A DNA stretch of 32,000 bases from Candidatus Fokinia solitaria (GTDB lineage Bacteria; Pseudomonadota; Alphaproteobacteria; Rickettsiales; Midichloriaceae). The notes beneath the pieces were generated by a model, which saw nothing but the letters and a program-made list of their open reading frames with translations, made no database searches and had not been told where the DNA came from. The stretch is taken from positions 270,001-302,000 of the forward strand of contig NZ_CP025989.1 in the NCBI RefSeq assembly GCF_003072485.1. Direction: 5' to 3'. A program made the position numbers and the translations under genes. Positions 1 through 12,045 of the stretch are shown in pieces. Numbering within the stretch: position 1 is the stretch's first letter; each line of letters starts with the position of its first letter.

Positions 1-2
1 TG

Positions 3-59
3 TCGAATTCTTTCGGTTTCGGTGGAACAAATTGCGTCCTAATTCTAAAAAGACTATAG
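3..59 (+). CDS. fabF: 3-oxoacyl-ACP synthase II, C-terminal fragment (gene runs off the left edge)
   Basis: Frame 3 reads SNSFGFGGTNCVLILKRL-stop, matching the conserved KAS-II C-terminus (SNSFGFGGTNA.LVF.R). Confidence 0.8.
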   Translation, partial: SNSFGFGGTNCVLILKRL

Positions 60-182
60 TAGAATGTGGGAGATCTGCAGTGATCTGATGTATATGATGT
101 TATATCTTGCCAGCATTCGTGTATGTTGTGGCAGAATTTGCATTCTTTCTAAAAAAATATAGTAATTTCCACATCTCTATCC

Positions 183-3089
<2,907 letters not shown>

Positions 3090-3314
3090 TCACTCTCATC
3101 CACTTTCAGCATTTTCACTGTTTTGTGGTATCACTACTGAAAGTTGACTTTTGTTTGTAAGCTGCAAAAGTTAATAAAATTCTCGTAGTATCTTTGAAAA
3201 GTATTCAATTTTTCTTTAAAGTAGCATATGTTTCTCTGATTACATGAGTAAAGTTTTTTTACGGACTACTTGACTGATTAAAAGCATTAATAATTACCAT
3301 TTACGTTAATATCT

Positions 3315-4319
3315 ATGAAGAAATTTGCAAAAGTTGTGATGATAGTGCTTTTTGTTTTATATGTGATATTCAAGATGTACGATACTCAGCTTATAAGATA
3401 CAAAAGTGAAGCATACGCCAACTTTAATATGATGAAGTATCTTATTAAAAACTTATCTGCAAAATCGACACAATGGCCGGATTCCGTGCAAAATAAATTT
3501 GATCTTGTACCTGAAAGTAGTGTAAATGGAAAAGAATTAAAAGTATTTTGGGTAGGGCATTCTACGTTTCTGATACAATTGATGGGCGTTAACATACTTA
3601 CCGATCCAATATGGAGTGATAGAGCTACTCCGTGGAAATGTTGCGGGCCAAAGAGAGTGCATAAGCCTGGTGTGCAATTTAGTAATTTACCGCGTATTGA
3701 TGTAGTACTGATATCGCATAATCACTACGATCATATGGATTTGGATACTATAGAACTTTTGTGGAATAGAGATCATCCGAGAATTATTTCATTACCAGGA
3801 AATGATGCAGTAATTCATAGACGTAACGATAAGATAAAAGTAGAAATTTGTGAATTAGGAGAAGAATTACTTATTAAACGTGATTTAAGTATTGTTGCAG
3901 AAGAAGCATTACATTGGTCAAGTAGGTATATAATAGATGCAAATGTCGCTTTATGGGGCGCTTTTGTCATTAAGTCATCTATAGGCAATATTTATTTCGC
4001 AGGAGATACAGCATATGGCAGTCATTTTATAAGGATGTCGGAAAAATATACATCGTTTAGGCTTGCGTTACTTCCAATTGGTGCATCTCTCCCTCAAATG
4101 ACGAATCATCCTGTGCATATGTCTCCATCTGAAGCGGTGCAAGCTTTCTTGGATTTAAGTGCTGAGTATGGATGTAGTATGCATCATATGACATTTAAGA
4201 TGTCAAATGAGTGTTATTCGTGCGCTAAAGAGATTTTAGATCAAGCTATAGAGTATAATAATATACCGCCAAATAGATTAAGGAATTTAGAAATAGGAGA
4301 ATCTTGGAGTATACCTTAA
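3315..4319 (+). CDS. MBL-fold metal-dependent hydrolase, NAPE-PLD/UlaG-like
   Basis: GHSTFLIQLMGVNILTDPIWSDRATP, VVLISHNHYDHMDLDTI (HxHxDH), IYFAGDTAYG; N-terminal hydrophobic segment. Confidence 0.85.
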   Translation: MKKFAKVVMIVLFVLYVIFKMYDTQLIRYKSEAYANFNMMKYLIKNLSAKSTQWPDSVQNKFDLVPESSVNGKELKVFWVGHSTFLIQLMGVNILTDPIWSDRATPWKCCGPKRVHKPGVQFSNLPRIDVVLISHNHYDHMDLDTIELLWNRDHPRIISLPGNDAVIHRRNDKIKVEICELGEELLIKRDLSIVAEEALHWSSRYIIDANVALWGAFVIKSSIGNIYFAGDTAYGSHFIRMSEKYTSFRLALLPIGASLPQMTNHPVHMSPSEAVQAFLDLSAEYGCSMHHMTFKMSNECYSCAKEILDQAIEYNNIPPNRLRNLEIGESWSIP

Positions 4320-4384
4320 TTGATATATGCTTTCTTTTTATATTTTTCAGTATACAATCAGCGGTAAGCCTTTCGATTATCAAG

Positions 4385-5080
4385 ATGCATAAGATAGTAG
4401 AGCTTGTTTTTCTTGCTTTTGTTGCTTTCCTTATTGTGAGAAAGTTACTAAGCATGCTAGGAGAAGTGGATAAAGATAATGTGATGGAACGTGTGCTACG
4501 AAAGAAGCAATATGAAGACTCTCGTGAGATGAAAGCAGCAGTTCAAAAAGTGTCAAATGTGCTGGAAGGAGGAAATATTGCAAAAGCAGAGAGCGACATG
4601 TCTGTGGAAGAAGCGCGCGTATCGCCATCTTTGAGAAGTGTTATCAATGATATCAGAAAAGTGGAGCACAATTTTAGCGTAGAGAATTTTCTTCGTAGTG
4701 TAGAGAAAATGTACTGCATAGTGCAAAGTAGTATTACTTCCAGCAATATAGATGGATTAGATACTTTGATTGAGCATGACGGTTACGAGAAGTTGAAAAA
4801 TGCGATGTCGAAAAGTAAGGAAAAAGGTTATAGAGTTGTGAGGAATGTCATTTCTGTTAGAGACATTGATATAGTAGATGCTGTTATTTCTGAAGATAAT
4901 CGCGCAACTATTGCAGTTGAGATTCAATCAGAGGAAATAGATTATACAATGAATAGTAATGAAGTTATCATAAACGGATATAAAGGCACTACGTCGAAGA
5001 TTATAACGTGGAAATTTACTAAAGATCTTGGTAATAAAAGTGTTATATGGTTATTAAAAGAACATGAGCTACACTTGTAA
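4385..5080 (+). CDS. Tim44/TimA-like domain protein with N-terminal membrane anchor
   Basis: MHKIVELVFLAFVAFLIVRKLLSMLGE anchor; C-terminal VRDIDIVDAVISEDNRATIAVEIQSEEIDY...NEVIINGYKG...IITWKFTKDLG...WLLKE resembles the Tim44-like domain. The track start at 4304 overlaps the upstream gene; 4385 is the more likely start. Confidence 0.7.
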   Translation: MHKIVELVFLAFVAFLIVRKLLSMLGEVDKDNVMERVLRKKQYEDSREMKAAVQKVSNVLEGGNIAKAESDMSVEEARVSPSLRSVINDIRKVEHNFSVENFLRSVEKMYCIVQSSITSSNIDGLDTLIEHDGYEKLKNAMSKSKEKGYRVVRNVISVRDIDIVDAVISEDNRATIAVEIQSEEIDYTMNSNEVIINGYKGTTSKIITWKFTKDLGNKSVIWLLKEHELHL

Positions 5081-5118
5081 GATAATTTGGTACGGCAGTA
5101 GTTAAGCGCCTTATTAGA

Positions 5119-6393
5119 TTGATTCAATTAGAAAGTGAGATTTTATTTTATTACGATACGACAATGATGAAAAGCTTTTCCGATACTGGCATTATACATG
5201 TTATGAATGAAGCTGCGCAGTATGGCTATTACAATGGAAATATAGAGTGGGCTAATTTAGGTCAAGGTTCTCCGGAGACGGGCGTATTATCGGAGATGAA
5301 AAGATTTGCTTTTTTAGAAAGTGACGACTCTACATCAGAATATGCTGCAGTAGCTGGTAGGAGTGATACACGTAGTTCAATTGCGAAGCTATATAATCAG
5401 AGATATAGATCTACCATGTCATCGCAATATGATTGTGACAATATTGCATTAGTATCAGGTGGAAGATTAGCTGTAACAAGAATTATCGCATGTCTTCAGC
5501 CGACGAATATCGGATACTTCGTACCTGATTATACTCCATATCAGAGTATAATAGGACTTTTCAACGGACATAATGCAATACCTATTGTACTGAATAAAGA
5601 GGATGGATATTCGATTTCTATTGAAAAACTGAGAGCTACTGTGAAGCTGCATAAAATAAGTGTTGTCGTGATGAGTAATCCTTCAAATCCTATAGGTAAG
5701 TTGACGAGTGAGCAGCAGATGATCGAGCTTATTAAGCTTGCAGAAGAAGAGCAATTTTTATTGTTAATAGATGAGGTGTATTCTCACTATATATATGATC
5801 GTCCAGAAGTAGATATTCCATATACCTTTTCTGCAGCAAGGTATGTAAGAGAGATAGATAGTAGTAATGTAATTATCGTAGATGGCTTAACAAAGAACTG
5901 GAGATATCCAGGCTTCCGCTTAGCATGGATTATCGCTTCTAAAGCGATAATAAAAATCGCTACGAATTGCGGTGCGTTTATGGATGGAGGAGCGTCGAAT
6001 GTCGTTCAAAAAAATGCTCTGCATCTCTTGGATGAGAAGATCGTTTCTCTTGAAGTAAGAGAAATGCAAAAGCATTTTAGAGCAAAACGCGATTATGTTA
6101 TTGGAGAATTAGTTGAGCATGGCATCACTGTAGATGTGATACCGCAAGGCGCTTTTTATGTTTGGGCTAATCTTTCAAATCTTCCTGAATCATTGCAAGA
6201 TGGCGTAAGATTTGCTAAATCCTGTCTGCGAGAATGCGTCATAGTAGTGCCAGGAATGTATTTTGACGATCAAAGCGATCAAATACTTGCAAATGTAAGA
6301 TTTAGAAATTATGTGCGTATCAGTTTTGGACAAGGAATGGATACTCTCAAAAGAGGTATGGAAGGGATAAAAAGAGTGATAAGACATGGATAA
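5119..6393 (+). CDS. Class I/II PLP-dependent aminotransferase
   Basis: SNPSNPIGKL, IDEVYSHYIYD, VDGLTKNWRYPGFRLAWI (PLP lysine region), VRISFGQ. The track start is TTG (5119); ATG at 5164 is an alternative. Confidence 0.9.
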   Translation: MIQLESEILFYYDTTMMKSFSDTGIIHVMNEAAQYGYYNGNIEWANLGQGSPETGVLSEMKRFAFLESDDSTSEYAAVAGRSDTRSSIAKLYNQRYRSTMSSQYDCDNIALVSGGRLAVTRIIACLQPTNIGYFVPDYTPYQSIIGLFNGHNAIPIVLNKEDGYSISIEKLRATVKLHKISVVVMSNPSNPIGKLTSEQQMIELIKLAEEEQFLLLIDEVYSHYIYDRPEVDIPYTFSAARYVREIDSSNVIIVDGLTKNWRYPGFRLAWIIASKAIIKIATNCGAFMDGGASNVVQKNALHLLDEKIVSLEVREMQKHFRAKRDYVIGELVEHGITVDVIPQGAFYVWANLSNLPESLQDGVRFAKSCLRECVIVVPGMYFDDQSDQILANVRFRNYVRISFGQGMDTLKRGMEGIKRVIRHG

Positions 6394-7045
6394 GATTACG
6401 AAAAATGCTTTTTCTGTGAAAGAAATTATTGATACATTTATTCGAGTAAATCATGCCGGAGAGTTAGGAGCAGTACATATGTATAGTGGTCATTTGCGTG
6501 TGTATAAAGCGTTTCACATGTGTGAGATAGATGAGATAGAGATGATGCTTGCAAATGAAAAGGAGCATATGGAGTATTTTATTTCCAAAATTTCCTCTCA
6601 TTCTAGACCGAGTCTCATCAATTCAATATGGATGATGTGTAGTTGGAGTATTGGTGCGTTCAGTACGTTTTTGATGCAACATCAAGGCACAATGTCTTGT
6701 ACTGATGGAGTAGAAACAGTAGTATCTCAGCATTATAAAGATCAGCTGTCTCGAATTGAAATCGTGATTGCTGATGAAATGGCCTTAATTCAAAGAGAAG
6801 AAAAAAGAAGTCTTACTCTTTTAGGCGCTGAGAAGATAGATGCATTGCGTTATATCACTTCTCTACAAGAAAGCTTGATTTTATTAAAAGATCTACAAGA
6901 GAAAATATCAAAATTTTTAGAAGATGAAGAAATGCATCGTGATTCCGCGAATATAAAGTGCACAGTAAATAGAGTGACGAAGATTCATAAGGAGTTTATA
7001 ATGTACTTGACTAAATTAGCGATACATATCTCTGAACGTATATAG
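6386..7045 (+). CDS. coq7: Demethoxyubiquinone hydroxylase (COQ7 family)
   Basis: RVNHAGELGAVHMYSGHL, NEKEHMEYF, GVETVVSQHY di-iron ligand motifs; overlaps the preceding ORF by 8 nt. Confidence 0.88.
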   Translation: MDKITKNAFSVKEIIDTFIRVNHAGELGAVHMYSGHLRVYKAFHMCEIDEIEMMLANEKEHMEYFISKISSHSRPSLINSIWMMCSWSIGAFSTFLMQHQGTMSCTDGVETVVSQHYKDQLSRIEIVIADEMALIQREEKRSLTLLGAEKIDALRYITSLQESLILLKDLQEKISKFLEDEEMHRDSANIKCTVNRVTKIHKEFIMYLTKLAIHISERI

Positions 7046-7053
7046 TTTTTAAG

Positions 7054-7707
7054 ATGAAAGAATTTTTCCTCCTTGCTTTTTTTTGGAGTAGTTGCGCACT
7101 TGTTTTTACTATATTTCCTTCTTTGGATATCTATGTAAGCACTCTCTTCTATTCGTTTAATAGCTTCCATACAAATGATCTATTAAATGGCATAAGTGAA
7201 TTTCTATTCATATTTCCTATGTTGACGTTTGGCTTACTCTCTTTGTCCTTTCTAATATCAAAAAGCGATCATTATAAAAAAGCGTTAAAATTAGTTCTTT
7301 CATGTGCGGCAGTATATGTTTTTTGCTGTTTGTTTGTTTCTCATATAGGGATGAAAGCGGTATTTCATCGTCCAAGACCGGAAAACATTTTGCAATTTGG
7401 TGGTAAAATGCATTTTATAAAAGCTTTTCAGATTAAAGGAGAATGCCTTAAAAAGTGCTCATTTGTTTCTACGCATGCAATGACAGGGTATGCTTTTTCG
7501 CTTATAAGTGCTTTTTACTACAATATTAGAAAATTAAGAAATAGAGTAATAATAGCTTCTTTTATAATAGGTACTGCTTGTGGTATCACCAGGATAATGC
7601 TAGGAAAGCACTTTTTAAGTGATGTGGTGGTAGCGGGTTTGATAGCATATACCGCTACTTTTATGTTTACTACTTTCACTGATAAGAAATTTATTACTCG
7701 TCTCTAA
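7054..7707 (+). CDS. PAP2 superfamily phosphatase (membrane)
   Basis: KAVFHRPRP (KX6RP), SFVSTHAMTG (PSGH equivalent), TRIMLGKHFLSDVVVAG (SRX5HX3D equivalent). Confidence 0.85.
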   Translation: MKEFFLLAFFWSSCALVFTIFPSLDIYVSTLFYSFNSFHTNDLLNGISEFLFIFPMLTFGLLSLSFLISKSDHYKKALKLVLSCAAVYVFCCLFVSHIGMKAVFHRPRPENILQFGGKMHFIKAFQIKGECLKKCSFVSTHAMTGYAFSLISAFYYNIRKLRNRVIIASFIIGTACGITRIMLGKHFLSDVVVAGLIAYTATFMFTTFTDKKFITRL

Positions 7708-7755
7708 AAAAGTAATATGTATCTGAGAATATTTTACCAGTATTCTTGTTAAATA

Positions 7756-7784
7756 TTGCATTTTTCGTACTGATATCTTATAAG
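7756..7784 (+). promoter_or_regulatory. Candidate sigma70-type promoter upstream of the tRNA(CAT)
   Basis: TTGCAT - 17 nt - TATAAG, ending about 30 nt before the tRNA 5' end. Confidence 0.45.
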
Positions 7785-7813
7785 TGTGGTGTAGTCTCGT
7801 GTGCTGCGAGGCT

Positions 7814-7889
7814 GGGATCTTAGTTCAGTGGTTAGAACGCACCGCTCATAACGGTGTTGTCGTAGGTTCGATCCCTACAGATCCCACCA
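7814..7889 (+). tRNA. tRNA with anticodon CAT (elongator Met or lysidine-type Ile2; not the initiator)
   Basis: Cloverleaf: GGGATCT/AGATCCC acceptor, GTTC/GAAC D-stem, CACCG-CTCATAA-CGGTG anticodon arm, GTAGG-TTCGATC-CCTAC T-arm, encoded CCA. Confidence 0.93.
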
Positions 7890-7893
7890 TTTC

Positions 7894-8922
7894 TTAAGAG
7901 GTGACTGTTTTTTCTTTCGTTAATTCTACGATCTCGCTAAGTATTTTATACTTCTTGTAGTCAATGTTGTGTTTCAACATTCTATTTAGCAGCCCTTGTA
8001 TACTGAAGTAACCTTCTGCTAAATATGTTTCACCCTCGTAGTGATTATTTGCATTTGATTTAGACATTCCAGTACGATATCCGAGCTGAAAATTTCTCGA
8101 CTTACTGCTAGAGCAACTTAATAGAAAATCTCCGATACCGCAGTAACTGAGAAGTGTATTTGTATCTTCGTTGCTACATAAAATTTTAAAAATCTCTGTA
8201 AATTCTCGAAAGCTATTAGTTAAGAATGCCGCAAGTGAATTTGAATAATCTATCAAGTTATATCGTATTGCATTGTCAGCTTGTGCGATATTTTCCTCAC
8301 CATATTTGCTTTTGATATACTCAAAGTGCGTAAAGCCTGCACCAATGGCGTATATGTTTTTTAAAACGCTACATAACTGACTGCCAATTGGATCGTTATT
8401 TTCCTCTAATATGAATAAGTTGGAAGAAAGAGTTTTTATTACGTTACTTCTAAGATTTGAATCAGTGCTACTTATTGTAGCGCCGGTATGTACTCCACGT
8501 AATACATCTATGCTGAAATTTGGCCCTGCAAGTACTCCAAAAGGCATTGTAGAGTATATTTCTTCTGATATAACTTCACTCAAAAACAGTCCAGTACTCA
8601 TCTCTATTCCTTTAGAACATATTATAATACCAACACTTTTACTGCATTCTTCTTTGTATTTTGAAATGAATTCTCTAGTAACTTGCGCAGGTAGAGCGAT
8701 AAAACTCAAAGTACCTACAGTTTTGCCATTCAATTCGTTTAAGTGAAATAGTGAAAAGTTAGTATCGCTACAATGCTTATGTATTCTCGTATTCGTATTT
8801 TGTATCGAGTGACAAAAAAGTTGTACGTCAACATTATTACGTTGCATACTTGTGGCTAATGCTAGTCCCCACATACCTCCACCTATAACATTTACGCGGC
8901 TAATCTTTTTATCTTCCGTCAT
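7894..8922 (-). CDS. gpsA: Glycerol-3-phosphate dehydrogenase [NAD(P)+]
   Basis: VNVIGGGMWGLALA, CSKGIE, FGVLAGPNFSIDV, VLKNIYAIGAG, CGIGDFLLSCSSSKSRNFQLG. Confidence 0.93.
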   Translation of the reverse strand: MTEDKKISRVNVIGGGMWGLALATSMQRNNVDVQLFCHSIQNTNTRIHKHCSDTNFSLFHLNELNGKTVGTLSFIALPAQVTREFISKYKEECSKSVGIIICSKGIEMSTGLFLSEVISEEIYSTMPFGVLAGPNFSIDVLRGVHTGATISSTDSNLRSNVIKTLSSNLFILEENNDPIGSQLCSVLKNIYAIGAGFTHFEYIKSKYGEENIAQADNAIRYNLIDYSNSLAAFLTNSFREFTEIFKILCSNEDTNTLLSYCGIGDFLLSCSSSKSRNFQLGYRTGMSKSNANNHYEGETYLAEGYFSIQGLLNRMLKHNIDYKKYKILSEIVELTKEKTVTS

Positions 8923-8947
8923 CTGAAAATCTTACATCACAACTTTA

Positions 8948-9252
8948 CTATAGTAACTTACCAATCTTATAGTCATTTCGCCACTTGCAATTATTTTGTA
9001 ACGCAACTTCAATCTGCCTTTCTAAATATTTTAAATTCATACCAGAGAACTCACATATATGAGTAAAACTATTATTTTGTATTTTTAACCATTTTAGAGC
9101 TTCTCTCTTGATGCGTGCGAAAGTTTTTTTTTAGATTGTGTACAGGCGTCGGTAAGTGCTTGTAGTACTACCGCTTTCCATATACTTTGTAATTTGTACT
9201 GTTGCTTGAATATATGATTTGAATTTTGTAGAGAGTTGTTTATTTCGTACAT
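8948..9252 (-). CDS. Small (about 101 aa) hypothetical protein split over two frames at an A9 run (programmed frameshift, slippage, or early pseudogene)
   Basis: Minus strand: ATG TAC GAA... gives MYEINNSLQNSNHIFKQQYKLQSIWKAVVLQALTDACTQSKKK, then A9. The -1 frame continues TFARIKREALKWLKIQNNSFTHICEFSGMNLKYLERQIEVALQNNCKWRNDYKIGKLL-stop. Without the shift the frame stops after LSHASREKL. Confidence 0.65.
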
Positions 9253-9389
9253 TTTCTTGAGTGATAATTTTATGTATATGGATTTTTATTATCGCAAGTA
9301 TTTATTCGCAGGAAGTCATGTAAGTTTGTTGAGTTTAAAATTTGCAGGATTATGCTATTAATGTTTCTTGTGATGTTTTAGTGTCTGTG

Positions 9390-10763
9390 ATGAAAATTCT
9401 TGTTGCGTTGTTGTGCGGTGGAAGAAGCACGAGAATGCGTTCTAAAAAACCGAAATTCATGCTAGAGCTAGCGGGAGTACCGATATTACATCATATACTA
9501 CGTACTGTACAAGATGTTCAGATACGACTTATTTCTCATCAAGTGCATATGGATATATCGTTAGTGCTACACCATACTACTATCGATGAATCGGAGATTG
9601 ATGCAGTGTTAGACGATTTCCCAACATTGCAAATACGTAAAATAGAACAAAAGATGGCGGGTACAGGAGGTGCTACATTAGCAGCGTTGAGCGATGCATC
9701 AGAATATGATGACGTTTTGGTATTATATGGCGATATGCCGCTTATAAAGGAAGATACACTTTATGAATTTATACAAAATTACAGAAGAAAACGATCATTA
9801 AAGCATAATTTTGCATCGCTTCATATGGCTTTTGCAACGAGTAATCCGATAGGGTATGGTGTTATGAAAACCGAATATGAGAACACTTCTCGTATAGTAG
9901 GAATAGTGGAGTTCGGCAGTGACGGAATGGAACGCCTACCAGTGAAAAAGGTACTATGTAATGCTGGTACGATGATGGCGCCTCTTCATATATTGCAAGA
10001 AGCTTTAACGTATATACAATCGATAAGGAAGGAATATGAGATTTTGCTAACAGAGGTAGTAAGCGTTTTTTTCGGAATGAATATGATAAGCGAGTGCGAA
10101 ATATGTGACCAAAATGAATGTATTAATACGAATAACTTGTATGATCTTGCACGTGCTGAGGAAGAAATACAGGATAGAATACGTGAAGAGCTGATGATGA
10201 GTGGAGTCCATTTAATAGCGCCTCGTACAAATTTCTTTCACTATTATCACAATATTTGTGATAAGACTGTAATACATCCATATTCAATTATAGGAAAGAA
10301 TGTTTTGATACATTCGGATGTAGTAATACTACCGTACTGTTATTTGGAAGGAGTTATAATTGAATCAGATGTTGTTGTTGGTCCTTTTTGCAGAATTAGA
10401 GGTGAGACAATTTTAAGGCGCGGTACAAAAGCTGGCAATTTTCTTGAACTCAAGAACTCAATTGTTGGTGAAGATACCAAAATTGGTCATTTTGGATATG
10501 TTGGAGATGCTATCATAGGTCATAAATGTAATATTGGCGCGGGAGCAGTATTTTGTAATTATGATGGCTATGACAAACATAAGACGACGATAAAAAATAA
10601 TGCGTTTATAGGAGCGAATGTATCGCTTGTTGCACCTATTACAGTTGGAGATAGAGCTATGATAGGAGCAGGTAGTGTAGTTACACAGAATGTATCGGAT
10701 AATGAGCTAGCAGTTGAGAGAAATACGCAAAAGAATACTAGAAGAAAAAGATTTATAAAATGA
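9390..10763 (+). CDS. glmU: Bifunctional UDP-N-acetylglucosamine pyrophosphorylase / glucosamine-1-phosphate N-acetyltransferase
   Basis: MKILVALLCGGRSTRMRSKKPKFMLELAG, VLYGDMPLI, hexapeptide repeats with NFLELKNSIVGEDTKIGHFGYVGDAIIG...NIGAGAVFCNYDGYDKHKTTI. Start refined to ATG 9390. Confidence 0.9.
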   Translation: MKILVALLCGGRSTRMRSKKPKFMLELAGVPILHHILRTVQDVQIRLISHQVHMDISLVLHHTTIDESEIDAVLDDFPTLQIRKIEQKMAGTGGATLAALSDASEYDDVLVLYGDMPLIKEDTLYEFIQNYRRKRSLKHNFASLHMAFATSNPIGYGVMKTEYENTSRIVGIVEFGSDGMERLPVKKVLCNAGTMMAPLHILQEALTYIQSIRKEYEILLTEVVSVFFGMNMISECEICDQNECINTNNLYDLARAEEEIQDRIREELMMSGVHLIAPRTNFFHYYHNICDKTVIHPYSIIGKNVLIHSDVVILPYCYLEGVIIESDVVVGPFCRIRGETILRRGTKAGNFLELKNSIVGEDTKIGHFGYVGDAIIGHKCNIGAGAVFCNYDGYDKHKTTIKNNAFIGANVSLVAPITVGDRAMIGAGSVVTQNVSDNELAVERNTQKNTRRKRFIK

Positions 10764-10947
10764 GATTGCACGTTTATGACTGTTATTGAAAGATAACGAC
10801 AAGGTAGATGCGAATCCAATTAGATATACTTGAGATCGTATTTTTGCTTAGAATGGTGAAAATATGAAGAGTAGTACTGCATTCATTTTCTTCACAAAGA
10901 CAATATAATTATTCATGAAGTGCGGAAAAATTAACAATGCTGCGCAG

Positions 10948-11970
10948 CTAATTTTCAAAAAACTTCTCGTCAAAATAATGTAGTCCAATGGCTTTTTTCA
11001 CTTTATATAAAGTCATCTCCGCTTTCTTATTTGCTTTTTTACAACCGTCATACAGTATATTTTGCATTTCTATATGAGAAATATTACTTCTGCGTTCTCT
11101 ATATGGTGCTATCAATTCTTGTAATGTATCGTTTAATATATTTTTCAGTGCTATATCACCTAAGCCACCTCTTGTATAATGCTCTTTTAGCGCGATAACT
11201 TCGTCTTTATTTTCATGAAATGCGTCAAGATATTCGAAAACAATATTTCCTTCTATGTTACCAGGATCGCTGACTTTTAGATGATTTGGATCTGTAAACA
11301 TTGCTAGTACTTTTTGTTTAATAGTATCAGCTGAATCAGAGAGATATATTGCATTATTGAGAGATTTACTTGCTTTCGCCTTACCGTCTATACCGCTTAG
11401 CCTTTTAGTTGTACCTAGCATTGGTATAGCTTCTTTTAGAGTATCTCCATAGATAGAATTGAATTTTCTTACTATTTCATTAGTTTGCTCTATCATTGGT
11501 AGTTGATCTTCTCCTATTGGTATCAATTCTCCATCAAAGGCCGTAATATCAGCTGCTTGACTAACAGGATATATACAAAATCCTGCTAAGAGATTATTTT
11601 CATACTTTTTCTGCTGTATCTCTGCCTTAAGTGTAGGATTTCTTTGTAAGCGGGAAATTGTAACTAAGTTTAAGTAATAAATTGTTAATTCTGTTAACGA
11701 CGGTATCTGAGATTGCAGAAAGATTGTTGTCTTACTCGGATCGATACCGACTGCAATGTAATCACGAAGCACTTCATACACATTCTGAGTAACTAGATTG
11801 GAATGATGAAAGTTATCAGTTAGTGCTTGTACATCAGCTATCATTACGTATTGCGTGTATTTTTTCTGTAACTCAATTCTTTGTTTTAAAGAGCCGACGT
11901 AATGTCCAAGGTGCAGTTTTCCAGTAGGACGATCTCCTGTGAGCACGATTTTTGCTGTGCCAGTGTGCAT
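10948..11970 (-). CDS. trpS: Tryptophanyl-tRNA synthetase
   Basis: TGDRPTGKLHLGHYVGSL (HIGH-type), PVSQAADITAFDGELIPIGEDQLPMIEQTNEIVRKFN, KASKSLNNAIYL (KMSKS-type). Confidence 0.95.
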   Translation of the reverse strand: MHTGTAKIVLTGDRPTGKLHLGHYVGSLKQRIELQKKYTQYVMIADVQALTDNFHHSNLVTQNVYEVLRDYIAVGIDPSKTTIFLQSQIPSLTELTIYYLNLVTISRLQRNPTLKAEIQQKKYENNLLAGFCIYPVSQAADITAFDGELIPIGEDQLPMIEQTNEIVRKFNSIYGDTLKEAIPMLGTTKRLSGIDGKAKASKSLNNAIYLSDSADTIKQKVLAMFTDPNHLKVSDPGNIEGNIVFEYLDAFHENKDEVIALKEHYTRGGLGDIALKNILNDTLQELIAPYRERRSNISHIEMQNILYDGCKKANKKAEMTLYKVKKAIGLHYFDEKFFEN

Positions 11971-12045
11971 ATGAATTGCTTTTCTTTCTTACGCACTATA
12001 ACTAACAAATATATACATTAAAATCACTAATAATTATGAAATAGA

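Noticed and set aside
4304-4384. Upstream extension of the Tim44-like ORF (MEYTLIDICFLFIFFSIQSAVSLSIIK)
   Set aside because: It overlaps the end of the MBL hydrolase and adds a second hydrophobic stretch before the usual anchor; the start at 4385 fits the family better.
8411-8746. 111-aa plus-strand ORF within gpsA
   Set aside because: Antisense shadow ORF of gpsA; no recognisable motif.
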